NCBI RefSeq assembly: GCF_009914755.1 | Contig: NC_060938.1 | Length of the DNA stretch: 64,000 nucleotides | Origin: the human T2T-CHM13v2.0 reference genome, Homo sapiens | Direction: 5' to 3' (one strand) | Shown here: one piece after another, positions 19,970-35,124 of the stretch | Position numbering within the stretch: the stretch's first letter is position 1 | Layout: every line of letters begins with the position of its first letter | The notes under the pieces: generated by a model | What the model was told of the DNA's origin: nothing | Seen by the model: only the letters and a program-made list of their open reading frames with translations | Databases searched by the model: none | Translations under genes and position numbers: made by a program

Positions 19970-20263
19970 CTAAAGACCTCAAAGTTTCCAGAGAAAATAA
20001 TTGTCAATCTGTAATTCTATACCCAGAAAAATGATCTTTCAATACTAAAGGAAAATTAGAAATATTTTTATGTTACATAACAACTAAGAGTTTACCAACA
20101 CATCTTGACTCAAGGAAAACAATTGACAACCCAAAATTTTATACCCAGCTAAACTAATATTCAAGTAGACTTTAAAGGATATATTTCAGGAAGAAGGACA
20201 ATGATCACAGAGGGAGAGGCTGAAGTCAAAGAAGGAATAGTGAATAAAGAAATTGCTAAAAGT

Positions 20264-20568
20264 GGCTGGGCACTGTGGCTCACACCTGTAATGCCAGCAC
20301 TTTCGGAGGCCAAGATGGGTGGATCGCCTCAGCTCAGGAATTCGAGACCACCCTGGGCAACATGGTGAAGCCCCACCCCTACTAAAATACAAAAAAATTA
20401 GCTAGGCATGGTGGCGTGCACCTGGAGTCCCAGCTACTCAGGAGGCTGAGGCATGAGAATTGCTTGAGCCCAGGAGGCAGAGATTACAATGAGCTGAGTT
20501 ATGCCACTGCACTCCAGCTTGGGCTACAGAGTGAGACTCTGTCTCAAAAAATAAATAAATAAATAAAA
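20264..20568 (+). mobile_element. Alu
   Basis: Dimer with (taaa)n tail. Confidence 0.88.
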
Positions 20569-20782
20569 GTATTTTTAAAAGGAAATCATTAAAAGTGGAT
20601 AATTCTAAACACACTCTCACTAGATAAATAATATCTAGTTAGACAAATATATAATTATAGTAGTTAAATATATCATCCTTATAAACATTTAATTTATGGA
20701 GTTTAAAATAATAATATTACAAGTGCTATGGTCAGGCAAGTATTAATAAAAAGAAAGCTGATGTGGCTAAACTAATATTCTC

Positions 20783-21077
<295 letters not shown>

Positions 21078-21436
21078 CTAAATTGATTTTCAAAAAAATA
21101 TATTTTAAGACAAAAACCATAATTAGGGAAAAGAAGGCCGGTATATAATAATGAATAGTATTGTTCAGAGGATGTAAAGATTCAAAACATGTATGTACCT
21201 GAAAACAGCCATAAGTATGGGGAAAAAATGAAGACTGCAAGTAGAAATTGATAATTCTATCATAAAAGAAGATTTCAACACAACTCTCTCAGTGACTGCC
21301 AGGTCAAGCGGATAAAACATTAATAAAAGGTGAATAAGATTCCAATAGCACATTTCGCGAGCTGGATTTAAAGCCATATCTAGACGTGACCGTTAGAGAG
21401 GACACATTATGCTCTGGTACGTGTGGAGCACTTACA

Positions 21437-21608
21437 ACAATCAGCACACGCTTAGACATAAGGCAGGGCTTAACACACTTCAAAACCCACTTATGACAAT
21501 GAGCACATGCTTAGACATAAGGCAGGGCTTAACACACTTCAAAACCCACTTAGGACAATGAGCACACGCTTAGACATAAGGCAGGGCTTAACACACTTCA
21601 AAACCCAG
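21437..21608. repeat. 59-bp tandem triplication
   Basis: acaatgagcacacgcttagacataaggcagggcttaacacacttcaaaacccacttagg in about 3 copies. Confidence 0.9.
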
Positions 21609-21771
21609 TGTCATATGACTTCACTCTCTCAGCCAAATGTAATTCAACTCTCAATCACTCACTGAGGAAGAGTGTTAAAATACATCTGGAAACCTTATAA
21701 CAGATTTCTAAATCATTCATGAATGAAAGAAAACGTAAAATATTTAGAACTAAATAATAATGTATCCCTGA

Positions 21772-22174
<403 letters not shown>

Positions 22175-22819
22175 CTAAGAAAGTAGAAGGATGAAGATAA
22201 AGGTGAAACATAAATAAATGAAAAACAAAACAAAACTAGAACTAAAAATATCTAAAACTAAATTAGAACTAAAAGCAGAACTAACATATATAAATTTGAT
22301 TTCTTGAAAAAATTAATGAAATGGCCACAAGATCTCTGAAGGGAAAGACCGGCAAGAGGCACAAAACCCTACTGAGAAATGAGAGGAGGGCTGCTCTACA
22401 ATGCAGCAGAGGGCAACATGAGTGATCTCACAGCAAGGCAACTTGGAAAATTACACAAAATGGACCATTTCTAGAAAAACATTATTTGCCAAGTTTGATT
22501 CATAGAGAAACAGAAAGCCCAAAGAGTCCTATAATCCTAGAAGAAATTAAGAAGTTAAAATCTTCCCACAAAGATGTCAAAAATCTAAGACAATTTTACA
22601 TGTTCTGCCAAAATTAAAAAGAATATTTTATCCCATTTTACAAACTTCAAAATGTAGGCAAAAGTGGGCACATGACCTAGTTCACTGTAGGACTCTATCA
22701 TAATCTCAATACAAAGACAGGACAAGTGTGTACCACAAAAGAAAAAGCACACTCTTGGGCACGGATGAAAAATCCTATATAATTATTGCCCTATCCAATC
22801 TCAAAATGTATAAAAAGTA

Positions 22820-23243
22820 CCGTTAATCACTGCACCCCCAACACACAGTCAAAAATCTACGTATAACTTTTGACTCCCCCCAAGTTGATGACTAGTAGCC
22901 TACTGTTGACCAGAAGCCTTACAGATCACACAAACAGTTGATTAACACATATCTTATGTTGTCTTTATTATATGCTATATTCTTACAATCAAGTAAGCTA
23001 GAAGAAAGAACATAATATTATTAAGAAAATCATAAGAAAGAGAAAATATATTTGCACTTCATTAAGTGGAAGTGGATCATCCTAAAGGTCTCCATTCTCG
23101 TCGTGTTCACAATGAGTAGGCTGAGGAGGAGGAGGAAGAGGAGGGCTTGGTCTTGCTGTGTTAGGAATGGCAGAGGCAGAAGAAAGTTTGCGTGTAAGGG
23201 GACCCATGCAAGTCAAACCTGTGTTGTCCAAGTTTCAAACTGT
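22820..23243. mobile_element. Tigger2-family DNA transposon remnant (Tigger2a-like)
   Basis: aaaaatctacgtataacttttgactcccc...attaagtggaagtggatcatc...gaggaggaggaggaagaggag. Confidence 0.7.
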
Positions 23244-23938
23244 GTATGATATTTTGGTTCAGTTGGGATTATTCCAGGAATCCAAGGTTAATTTAATTTT
23301 AGAAAATGTCTAAGTCACTCCATTCACATATTAAAGGAGAAAAACCATATTGTCATCTCAATGGTTGCCCCAAAAGCACATGGTGCTTCTAAAGAAGGGA
23401 GAGACTTGCTCATCAGACCGCGCACCTCAGAACAAAGCTGTGATAATGAATATAGAACAACACAGCACGGAGAGAAACGGATCAACGGAATGGGAAAGAG
23501 AACCGGGACAAAGACCCGCACATGTGGCGACTTGAGTTCGTCAGAGCTGGCCAGACACATCTGTTGGAGGAAGACGGAATAGTCTTAAATACCCACGAGG
23601 AAAAGAAGTGAAATGGAACTCTGCCTCCAGCCTTCCAAAGCAATCAGTTCCAGGTGTAGACAACACCTCAATGTGAAAAAACAGGGGGGCCTTTAGAGCA
23701 GAGTATTTGGCTTTACACACTTAGATAACAGCAAAAGAAAAAAAAAACTTGCAAAGAAATCTTAAATTTCTCTTACTAGTATTACTGGCTGTAGAGATAT
23801 TGGAATTGTTATTTTGAAAACATGTTAAATATAGGGTAAGCTAAAGCTAGTAATTACATTAAAGTTGTTAGGAGCCAAAATTTTCCATATAAGAGAAATG
23901 ACATACAAGTACAAAACCAAAGAAATTAAGAAAAACTC

Positions 23939-24244
<306 letters not shown>

Positions 24245-24874
24245 TAAGGAAATTTTTTAATGTTAAATTTGAATTGGAACTATCAATAGGAACTCATGAT
24301 TTAACCTGGGTTTCTAAATGCCATTTCCCCACTTTAAAGACCCATGGACTCCTCAGTAAGTAGCTGAGTCCAGGTCTGGTGCAGGAAATGTGTAATAAGA
24401 TAAGGCTGGAAGATCTTGTTGTGGCAGAAAGCAGCTGAATTAAGATGCATAGATTATTGGAAATATGAAAAAAGAATATAGTGGCCAGAATGATGGATTT
24501 TGTTAGTGGGGTAATGAAGCTGTGATTATGCAGGAAGCTTTCCTTCTTTATTCAGAAATGCATACTCAAGTATTTAGAGGTAAAATATCATTTATCTCTG
24601 CCCATTACTTTTAAATTTTCCAGCAAAAATGATGAAAGAGCTCCCACTGACCAAAGAATGATGACTGAACTGGATCAAAACACATTAAATATATAATAAT
24701 CCGTGAGTCCATAATGATACATCAAAAAGTCAAAGAAAGAAAACTAAAGCAAAAAGCAAACAAAAACTCATCTGCCACCATCAGAGACAGCCCATTGCAC
24801 AAACCCCTTACCCTGAAAATTGGTAATTAGAGAGAAAGATTCAAGCTTTTCTCCTGCCTCGCCAGCAAGAACTA

Positions 24875-25245
24875 CACATATGTTGCAAGTATTGCCGACT
24901 CAATTCCAGGCCGCTGCAATGTCACATAAATGTTTCAGCTTTCCAGTGCATACAAAAGTTATCTTTATACTTTACGTAGTCTAGTAAGTGTACAATACCA
25001 TTAAGTTGAAAAAAAAACTGTACGTACCTTAATTTTAAAATATCTTATTGCTAAAAAATGCTAATAATCATCTGAGCCTTGGGGGAGTTGTAATCTTTTT
25101 GCCGGTGAGGGTCTCGCCTCAGTGTTGATGGCTGCTGACTGATAGGGTGGTACTTGCTGAAGGCTGGAGTGGCTGTGGCAGTTTCTTAAATAAGACAACA
25201 ATGAAGTTTGCCGCATCAGTGGACGCTTCCTTTCATGAAAGCGGC
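24875..25245. mobile_element. Tigger1 fragment
   Basis: ttattgctaaaaaatgcta...gatggctgctgactgat...ggctgtggcagtttcttaaataagacaacaatgaagtttgccgcatc. Confidence 0.7.
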
Positions 25246-25479
25246 ACTCCCCACGATTCAAGTACAGATGGTCCCATCTTAGGACAATTCGAGTTAATGA
25301 TCTTTCAACTTTATCGTGGTGCAAAAGTGACACACCTTCAGTAGAAACCATGCTTTGAGCACCCACACAACCATTCTGTTTTTCACTTTCAGTGTAGTAT
25401 TCAATAAGTTACACAAGGTATTGACACTTTATTATAAAGTGGGCTTTGTGTTAGGTGATTTTGCCCAACTCTAGGGTGA

Positions 25480-25808
<329 letters not shown>

Positions 25809-25843
25809 TTTGTATATCTTCTTCTCAGAAATATCTGTAAGTT

Positions 25844-26146
25844 GGCCAGGTGCCGTGGCTCACTCCTGTAATCCCAGCACTTTGGGAGGCCAAGGAGGGC
25901 AGATCACAATGTCAGGAGTTCAAGACCAGCCTGACAAACGTGGTGAAACCCCATGTCTACTAAAAATACAAAACTTAGCCAGGCATGGTGGCGCTTGCCT
26001 GTGGTCCCAGCTACTCCGTAGGCTGAGGCATGATAATCCCTTGAATCTGGGAGGCAGAGGTTGCAGTGAGCCAAGATTGCATCACCAAACTCCACCCTGG
26101 GCAACAGAACAAGACTCCATCTCAACAACAACAACAACAAAAAGAA
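25844..26146 (+). mobile_element. Alu with AluS-type left arm
   Basis: Dimer with (caa)n tail. Confidence 0.9.
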
Positions 26147-26228
26147 ATGTCTGCAAGTGTTCTGATCACGTTTAAGGTCAGGCTATGCTATGATGTTCAG
26201 TAAGTTAGGGGTATTAAATGCATAATGC

Positions 26229-26520
26229 ATTTTCTTTTGAGACAGAGTCTTGTTCTATTGCCCAGGCTGGAGTTCAGTGATGCAATCTTGGCTCACTGCA
26301 ACCTCTGCCTCCCGGATTCAAGGGATTCTCGTGCCTCAGTCTACGGAGTAGCTGAGACCACAGGCACACGCCAACATGCCCAGCTAAGTTTTGTATTTTT
26401 TGTAGACACAGGGTTTTGCCATATTGCCCAGGCTGGTCTTGAACTCCTGGGCTCCAGTGATCTGCCCACCTCAGCCTCCCAAACTGTTGGGATTACAGGC
26501 GTGAGCCACCTCACCCAGCC
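26229..26520 (-). mobile_element. Alu with AluJ-type left arm
   Basis: Antisense dimer; tgcattt at both flanks. Confidence 0.9.
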
Positions 26521-26841
26521 TGCATTTTTGACATGATATATTCTTAATTGATACATAATTTTTGTACATATTCACGGGGTACATGTAAGCTTTTATTACA
26601 TGCATAGCATGCGTCATGATTAACTCAGTATTTAGGGTGTCCATCACTTCAAGTCTTTGTCATTTTTATGTGTTGGGAATATTCCAAGTCCTCTCTTCCA
26701 GCTCTTTTGAAATAAACAATACATTGTTGTCAACTATAGCTACCCTACTCTGCTATCAAACATTAGACATATTCCTTCCATCGCACCATAATGAGTGCAT
26801 TTGTGCTCATTAAGCATCCTCTTTTTGTCCTCCCCCTCCAC

Positions 26842-27442
26842 TGGAAGGAAATAATGTATACAGTGGTCCATTTTCAAGACAAAGTGCCTTAAATCGGCTT
26901 AGGTCAGCCAACTACAGAAGAAGCAGGATATACTAGGCCCTGGGTTGGATAGCCAATGCCTGCTTGTCACCCACCCTCCCGCCACCTACTTAAATTGCCC
27001 TCACCCAAACCAAAGAAGTTTGGTCTAAGATAAAAGTTTACTAGCCTGTAAAATAGCTTGCCTTGTCTGTTCGTATCAGCCTGCCCAGCTACTTAGGTCA
27101 TAAGTCAAATACTTGAAGAGCCCCTGAGCTAACTAGGATTGCAATGCATTGTGGGCTGCAACAAAATGCAGCAAGACAACTCTAAAGAAAACACCTAAAG
27201 CCCCTGCCCAACAACCAATAGGTGACGTCCAGGAAGGTTGTGACCCCATAGTACTCAGCCTATGAGGAACCGGGGGAGGGACCTGCACACGAGGGGATAA
27301 ATTGCTTGTTGAAACTGTGCTGGGTGTGCCTGCCCACCAGACACCCGATCTTGCAAGACTGTCATTAAAAGTTTCACTTTGGCTTTTCTCCGGGTCTCTA
27401 AGTCCATTCTTTGGGTTTGGATGGGTGAGTTTGTTTCTCACA
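26842..27442 (+). mobile_element. ERV1 solo LTR (LTR10-like, HERV-I group)
   Basis: About 600 bp TG...CA insert within the L1; CCAAT 27215, TGACGTC 27223, ATTAAA 27364; family assignment from memory. Confidence 0.65.
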
Positions 27443-28099
27443 TACCCACGCACCCTTCCTAGACTCTGGGATCTATCGTTCTCTTCTCTGCCTCAGAGGT
27501 CAACTTTTTTCACTCCCATGTGTGAGTGAGAACATGTGATGTTTGTCTTTCTGTGACTGGCCTATTTCTCTTAACATAATGACCTCCAGTTCCATTCACG
27601 TTGCTGCAAATGACAAGATTTCATTCTTTTTATGACCAAACAGTATTCCATTGTGTGTGTGTGTATATATATATCACATTTTCTTTATCCATTCATCCAT
27701 TGATAGACAGTTAGGTTGATTCCATATCTTGGCTACCGTGAGTAGTGCCGCAGTAAGCATGGGAGTACAAGAATCCCTTTCATATACTGATTTCCTTTCC
27801 TTTGGATAAATACTCAGTAGTGGGATTGCTGGATCGTATGGTAGTTCTGTTTTTAGTTTTTTGAGAAACTTCCATACAGTTCTCCACAATGGCTTCACTA
27901 ATTTACATTCCCACCAACAGAGCATAAGTGTTCCCTTTTCTTGGCATCCTTGTCAGCATTTATTTTTTGTCTTCTTGATAACACCAATTCTAACTGGGGT
28001 GAGATGATATCTCATTGTGGTTTTGATCTGCATTTCCCTGATGACTAGTGATACTGAGATTTTTCTCATATGCCTGTTGGCCATTTGTATGTCTCTTGA

Positions 28100-28844
<745 letters not shown>

Positions 28845-29834
28845 TGCTGGGAGTTTTTATCATGAAGAAGGGATGTCGAATTTTATCACATGCTTTCTCT
28901 GTATCTATTGAGATGACCATACGGTTTTTGTCCTTTAATCTGTGATTTGACGTATTGCATGTATTGATTTGCGTATGTTGAACCATCCTTGCATCCCCAG
29001 GATAAATCCCACTTAGTCATAATGTATTATCTTTCAATGTGCTATTAGATTCAATTTGCTAGTATGTTGTTGAGGATTTTTGTGTATCTATTCATCAGGA
29101 ATATTGACCTGTAGTTTTCTTTTTTGTTGTTGTGTCCCTGCCTGGTTTGAGTATCAGGATAATGCTGGCCTCATAGAATGGGTCAGAGAGAATTCCCTCC
29201 TCTTCAGTTTTTTGGAACAGTTTAAGGAGAAATGGTATTAGTTCTTTTTTGTAAGTTTGGTAGAATTTAGTAGTAAAGCCATCTGGTCTATAGGCCTTTT
29301 GCGTTGTTGTTGGGAGATTTTTATTACTGTTCCAATCTCATCACTCCTTATTGATCTGTTCGGGTTTTTTTGTTTCTTCCTGATTCAATCTCGGCAGCTA
29401 CGCGTGTCCAGGGATGTCTCCATTTCCTCCAGGTTTCCAGTTTCTGAGTGTATAATTTCTCATGTAGTCTCTGGTGATCTTTTGTATTTCTGTGATATCA
29501 GTTGTAATGTCTCTTTTTTGTTTCTGGTTTTGGTTATTTGGGTTGTCTCTCTTTTTTTCTTCATTATCAACTTAGAATATTTTCAGCTTCCATTTATGAT
29601 GGGCTTATCAGGACATAGCTCCACCATGAGGTGAGGTGTGTCTGATGTGCTTACGGTGGGGTTTAAGTGCTCCCACAAGCCTGCTCTGACAGTCTGTACT
29701 TATTTGGGGTAAAAAACAAAAAAAAACAAAAAAAAAAAAAACAAAAAACTTAGCTCTGCTGACAAATAATGAGTCATATTTTCCCACAAAGTTAATTTTT
29801 GAAATAACAAAGGAAATTAAAGAAAAAATGTTCA

Positions 29835-30309
<475 letters not shown>

Positions 30310-30311
30310 CT

Positions 30312-30720
<409 letters not shown>

Positions 30721-31200
30721 TCAGGTCGTTCCTGGCCACACAGCCAGCCTCGGAGCCACTGAGAGGCCTGCCCTGGGTCCCGAATCTAGACGCCCCTTCC
30801 AGCCTCAATCTTTCTTCCAGGGTAAGCAGCCTGAGAGGCCAAGAGGACAGTCCACCGAACCCTGAGCCCAAGGCCCAGGATTCCTTGCTTAAACATCCCC
30901 AAGCCTGGATCCATCCTCCCGAGGTAGAGCTGCCTGAGCTGTACCCAGTCCTGCTGGCCTGAGGGGCAGCCAGGGGAGGTGACGTGGTGCTTTTCTGGGG
31001 CTGCAATGAGCTCAGACCCACGGGCTGGGTGTAGCATGTGGGCTCATTGAGGCCCCTCACAATGTGGGGAAATCGGAGAGGGGACTGGCTGGGGCTGGCC
31101 CTCCTGCAAGGACTTCTGAGAGTGCTCCAAGGAGCCCTGGGGTCCTCCACTTGCCCCTGGCCTTCCAGGCCCTCACACACCATTGTTGTCCAGACAGAAG

Positions 31201-31527
<327 letters not shown>

Positions 31528-32149
31528 CTAACTGCCTTTTGCTTGAGTGCAGGGAAGGCAGCCTCCCTTCATACTCATGCCCCAGCCCTGCAAATGTCAC
31601 AGCAGGACCCACCTGGCTGCCCCTCCCCATACCCAGAGTAACCCTCACCCAGAGTCCCTGGAGGACCCAACCCTCGGGGGCATGCCTGGGGCCCAGCTGC
31701 ATTCAGGCATCCAGCAACCCAGCCAGAGGGCTGGGGCTCCCCAACCATGGCCGGGAGGTAAGGGCTGAACCCAAGGCCAAATCAGAGCATCAGGAAGGTG
31801 AAGAGAGATCTGGGAGGGGCTAGGGAGAGGATGGATCTCTTCCCCATTCACTTCCTGGCCCACCCAGACTGGCCCCAGGGGTGCAGCTGACAGGCCCCAC
31901 CCTTGGGAACTGCACCCTCCTGACTGGTGTCCTGCAGGCACCCTGAGGCCATCACCCTGGACCCCTGCCCTACATAGGCCTTACAAGGAGGAGCCAGGGT
32001 GGACACCCAGACCTCATTGAAAGTAGGAGTGTTCTCAAGGTCCCAGACCTTACTCAGGGACCCCAGTCGGGGGGTGGGGCAGTGGGAGGCAGAGCCCCTT
32101 GCTAGGAGCTTCTAGCCAGGCCCACCTTTTCAGATATGCCAGTGAGCAG

Positions 32150-32560
32150 CCCCAGCTTCGTTCTCCAAGATAAAGACCCTAGTTACCTCCATTGCTCAGC
32201 CTCCCTTGCAGCTAAGTGTAGCCATGTGACTAAGTTCTAGATCAAGTTCCAGATCACAGATAAGTGGAAGTGCCCTGTGGGACTTCCAGGAAGTCTCCTC
32301 TGGGATGTCCCTTATTCTCTGCTAAGAACACAGAGGCAATGGCTGAGTTCCAGCAGCCACTGTGAGGCCATGAAGGCAGGGATCCTAGGGACTGGGATCT
32401 GAGAGCCTGGCTCCCAATGGCAGTGGAGCAATGCCATCATCTCTAGCAAGGCCGTCTCTAGCCTGCCAGCCCCTGGACCTGCTTAGTGTTCGAGAGTAAT
32501 GAACAACCTTGCTGAAGCCACTGTTCCTTAGGTGTCTGTGGCCTGCAGCTGAACTTGACT
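32150..32560. mobile_element. Old MLT1-type MaLR LTR upstream of the PLD4 promoter
   Basis: cagcctcccttgcagctaagtgtagccatgtgactaagttct...cagcagccact...gaagccactg. Confidence 0.55.
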
Positions 32561-32714
32561 CCGATTCGTAGGCCCGCAACTGGAGGGCCTCTACCTCGAG
32601 GGAGTGGGGTGTAGATTTTTCCTGGAGGTGAAGGTTCTCAGCCCTACCCTCTAGCCCGCCCACCCAGCTCCAGCCGTCTGTTTCTGTCTCGGATGAGAGG
32701 GGGCCTCTCAGGAC

Positions 32715-32725
32715 AAAGAGGAAGT
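32715..32725 (+). promoter_or_regulatory. PU.1/SPI-B (ETS) motif in the PLD4 promoter
   Basis: AAAGAGGAAGT directly upstream of exon 1; no TATA box seen. Confidence 0.7.
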
Positions 32726-32744
32726 AGCTGGAAGGGGAAGGAGC

Positions 32745-32884
32745 CAGCTGCAGAGAGGAGGAGGTGAGCTGCAGAGAAGAGGAGGTTGGTGTGGAGCACA
32801 GGCAGCACCGAGCCTGCCCCGTGAGCTGAGGGCCTGCAGTCTGCGGCTGGAATCAGGATAGACACCAAGGCAGGACCCCCAGAG
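32745..32884 (+). other. PLD4: PLD4 exon 1 (non-coding; start approximate)
   Basis: Strong donor AGAG|gtatgt at 32885, downstream of the ETS motif. Confidence 0.7.
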
Positions 32885-33496
32885 GTATGTGCCAATGAGG
32901 CCAGGGCAGCTGAGAAAAGCCAGGCATGGGGAAAGGGCTGCTGTCTGCCTCCCTATGGCCTCAGCCTCCCAGCAACCCCAGGTCCAGAGAGTCACACAGC
33001 CTCCAGCTAGTCCTGTAGATGACTCGCTCCGTCCCCAGTCCGTGCAGCTGGGATAAGCTGGGCCCTGGCTCTCCAGCCAGGTGACAGCTGGGCCCTCTAC
33101 CTCAGCCTGGGACTGGCAGCCATGCCTAATGCCCTGCAGGGCAGGAAATCTGGCACCTTCAGCCATGACCTCTGATGTCTGCAGGGTCTTACGCTATCTA
33201 CCATGGGACCAGGGGGCTACAGCCCTACTCTGCAGGGGTCTCTCAGCTTGAGCCAACCTGGCTGGCGGTCCTCCCAGGTTCCATTGCAGGAGGAGGTGGT
33301 GAGGCGCTCTGGGGTCTGTAGTCCTGGGAGGGGACTTGGACAGGCTCCAAGTCTGAGATGGGGCCTGCAAGAGGCAGCGCCTCTGTGCTCTGAGCTGCCC
33401 GTCTGCCTGGAGCATTTAAGGGAGCAAAGGTCCTCTCTGGTGAGGGCAGGGAGGGTGGGGAGCAGCTGTCCAAGAACAGCCCTGGCACCTCGTTGC

Positions 33497-33567
33497 CCAG
33501 CCACAGCCCAGGATTCCATGTTTCCTCTCATTGACCAGCCACAGCCCAGGATTCCATGTTTCCTCTT
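33497..33567. repeat. 38-bp tandem duplication in PLD4 intron 1
   Basis: ccagccacagcccaggattccatgtttcctctc occurs twice, period 38. Confidence 0.85.
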
Positions 33568-35034
33568 CTGAGAGTTAGTGGGGGAGAGCAAAGGCCCGAT
33601 GCTGGGCCCTGAATCCCTGGGGACAGTGGGGACACGGTGGGCACCCTGAGGTCTCCTCTGTGGGGTGGGGGGAGCATCCCCCAGAGTTCAGCTCTGGGGT
33701 GGGGGCGGCACCCACCCACCTCTGCAGGACCCCCCAGCGTGGGGGGAGTTGGGCCGCAGTGACTTGGCCTGAGTCCCCTGTCCCCACACTTGGTTTATGC
33801 TCCTACCCCCAATCCCCCATAACGCTTGGTCTCCAGGGCAGACTCAGTCCAGGCCCGACTCCTGTGGTGTTCCTGGCATTTCCGCCCCATGCTGAGGCAG
33901 GCCAGGTTCTCAAAGCCCTCAGCCCTGACCCGTGGGAGGACAGCCCAGACGAACCCCAGAGGCCTGGAGGCTGAGCTGGCTGCTCCTGGGTGGACAGCCG
34001 ACCCACCGAGCCCTGGGTCCCAGCGCCCAGCCTGGCTGCAGACACTGGCACTCAGCACTGCCCAGGCCCAGGCCCCAAACCTCGGAGACATCCCCATCCC
34101 AGCCAGGGGCCAGCCAGCTCCTGCCCTGGTGGATGTCTCAGTCAGAGGCTGGCCAGCCAGGTGACCATGCTGGGCACAGACCCCTCCCTGCACCCGGGGA
34201 GGGCGCCTCTGTACTTGTGAGGCACCCTTCCCCCATGGTGGCACCTGGGGCAGCCTGACTGCTTGCTTTGGGGGTAGGAGTGGGGATGGGAGCCCACATC
34301 CCACAGGGCCCAGATGGCCTGGCTCCCAGCTCCTTGTGGGGTGACCACTCTGAGGAGATAAGGCGAGTCCCTGCAGCAGAGGACAACCCCCTCCGCCAGC
34401 AGTAGGGGTCCCACTCTGCCGCCATCTCTGCCCTCTCCACGCCTAGCCTCTCCAGCAAGGGTACTGCTCAGCTGCCCCCTCTGACCTGTGGCTCTCTGGA
34501 GGGGCTGCCGTGGGGCCAAGACAGGAGCCCAGCCCAGGAGGGAAGCAGTTATTTATAGGCCAGCAATAAGAGGACCAAGCGACAAAAGCAGAAACAGCCC
34601 TTTCAGACGCAGTTTCAGTTGTGGTTGAAACAGGGAACTGAGATGCAAATACCTAGATACTCACTGAGTGGGAGACCCTGAAAGGGGAGACACAGAAAGC
34701 CGGGGCATGTGGCTAGGCACAGACGCCCGCCCGCCCCTCGTGCTTGGCCCAGGCTCAGCCCTGGGGACCGCCTTAACAGCAGTCCTTCCGGCTTGGCCAG
34801 GGGGACAGGACAGGTGACATGTGGCCGGCTGCGGGCTCCAACACCCACACGGCTTGTCCTCGTGGAAAGCACACCCCCAACATCCAGGGCGTGACCTCGG
34901 GCATGAGTGGGGGGCTTTTGGGGGCTTATGTGGGTGTCTGTGCAGGGGTGTCCCCAGTGCCCAGCTGCCCAGGCACTGAGGGGCAGTTCTGGGCAGAGCT
35001 GGAGCTGCTGGTGATGCCAGGCTGCCCTGTGCAG

Positions 35035-35124
35035 ATGCTGAAGCCTCTTTGGAAAGCAGCAGTGGCCCCCACATGGCCATGCTCCATGCCGCCCCGCCGC
35101 CCGTGGGACAGAGAGGCTGGCACG
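35035..35124 (+). CDS. PLD4: PLD4 exon 2
   Basis: gtgcag|ATG ... ACG|gtagga. Confidence 0.93.
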
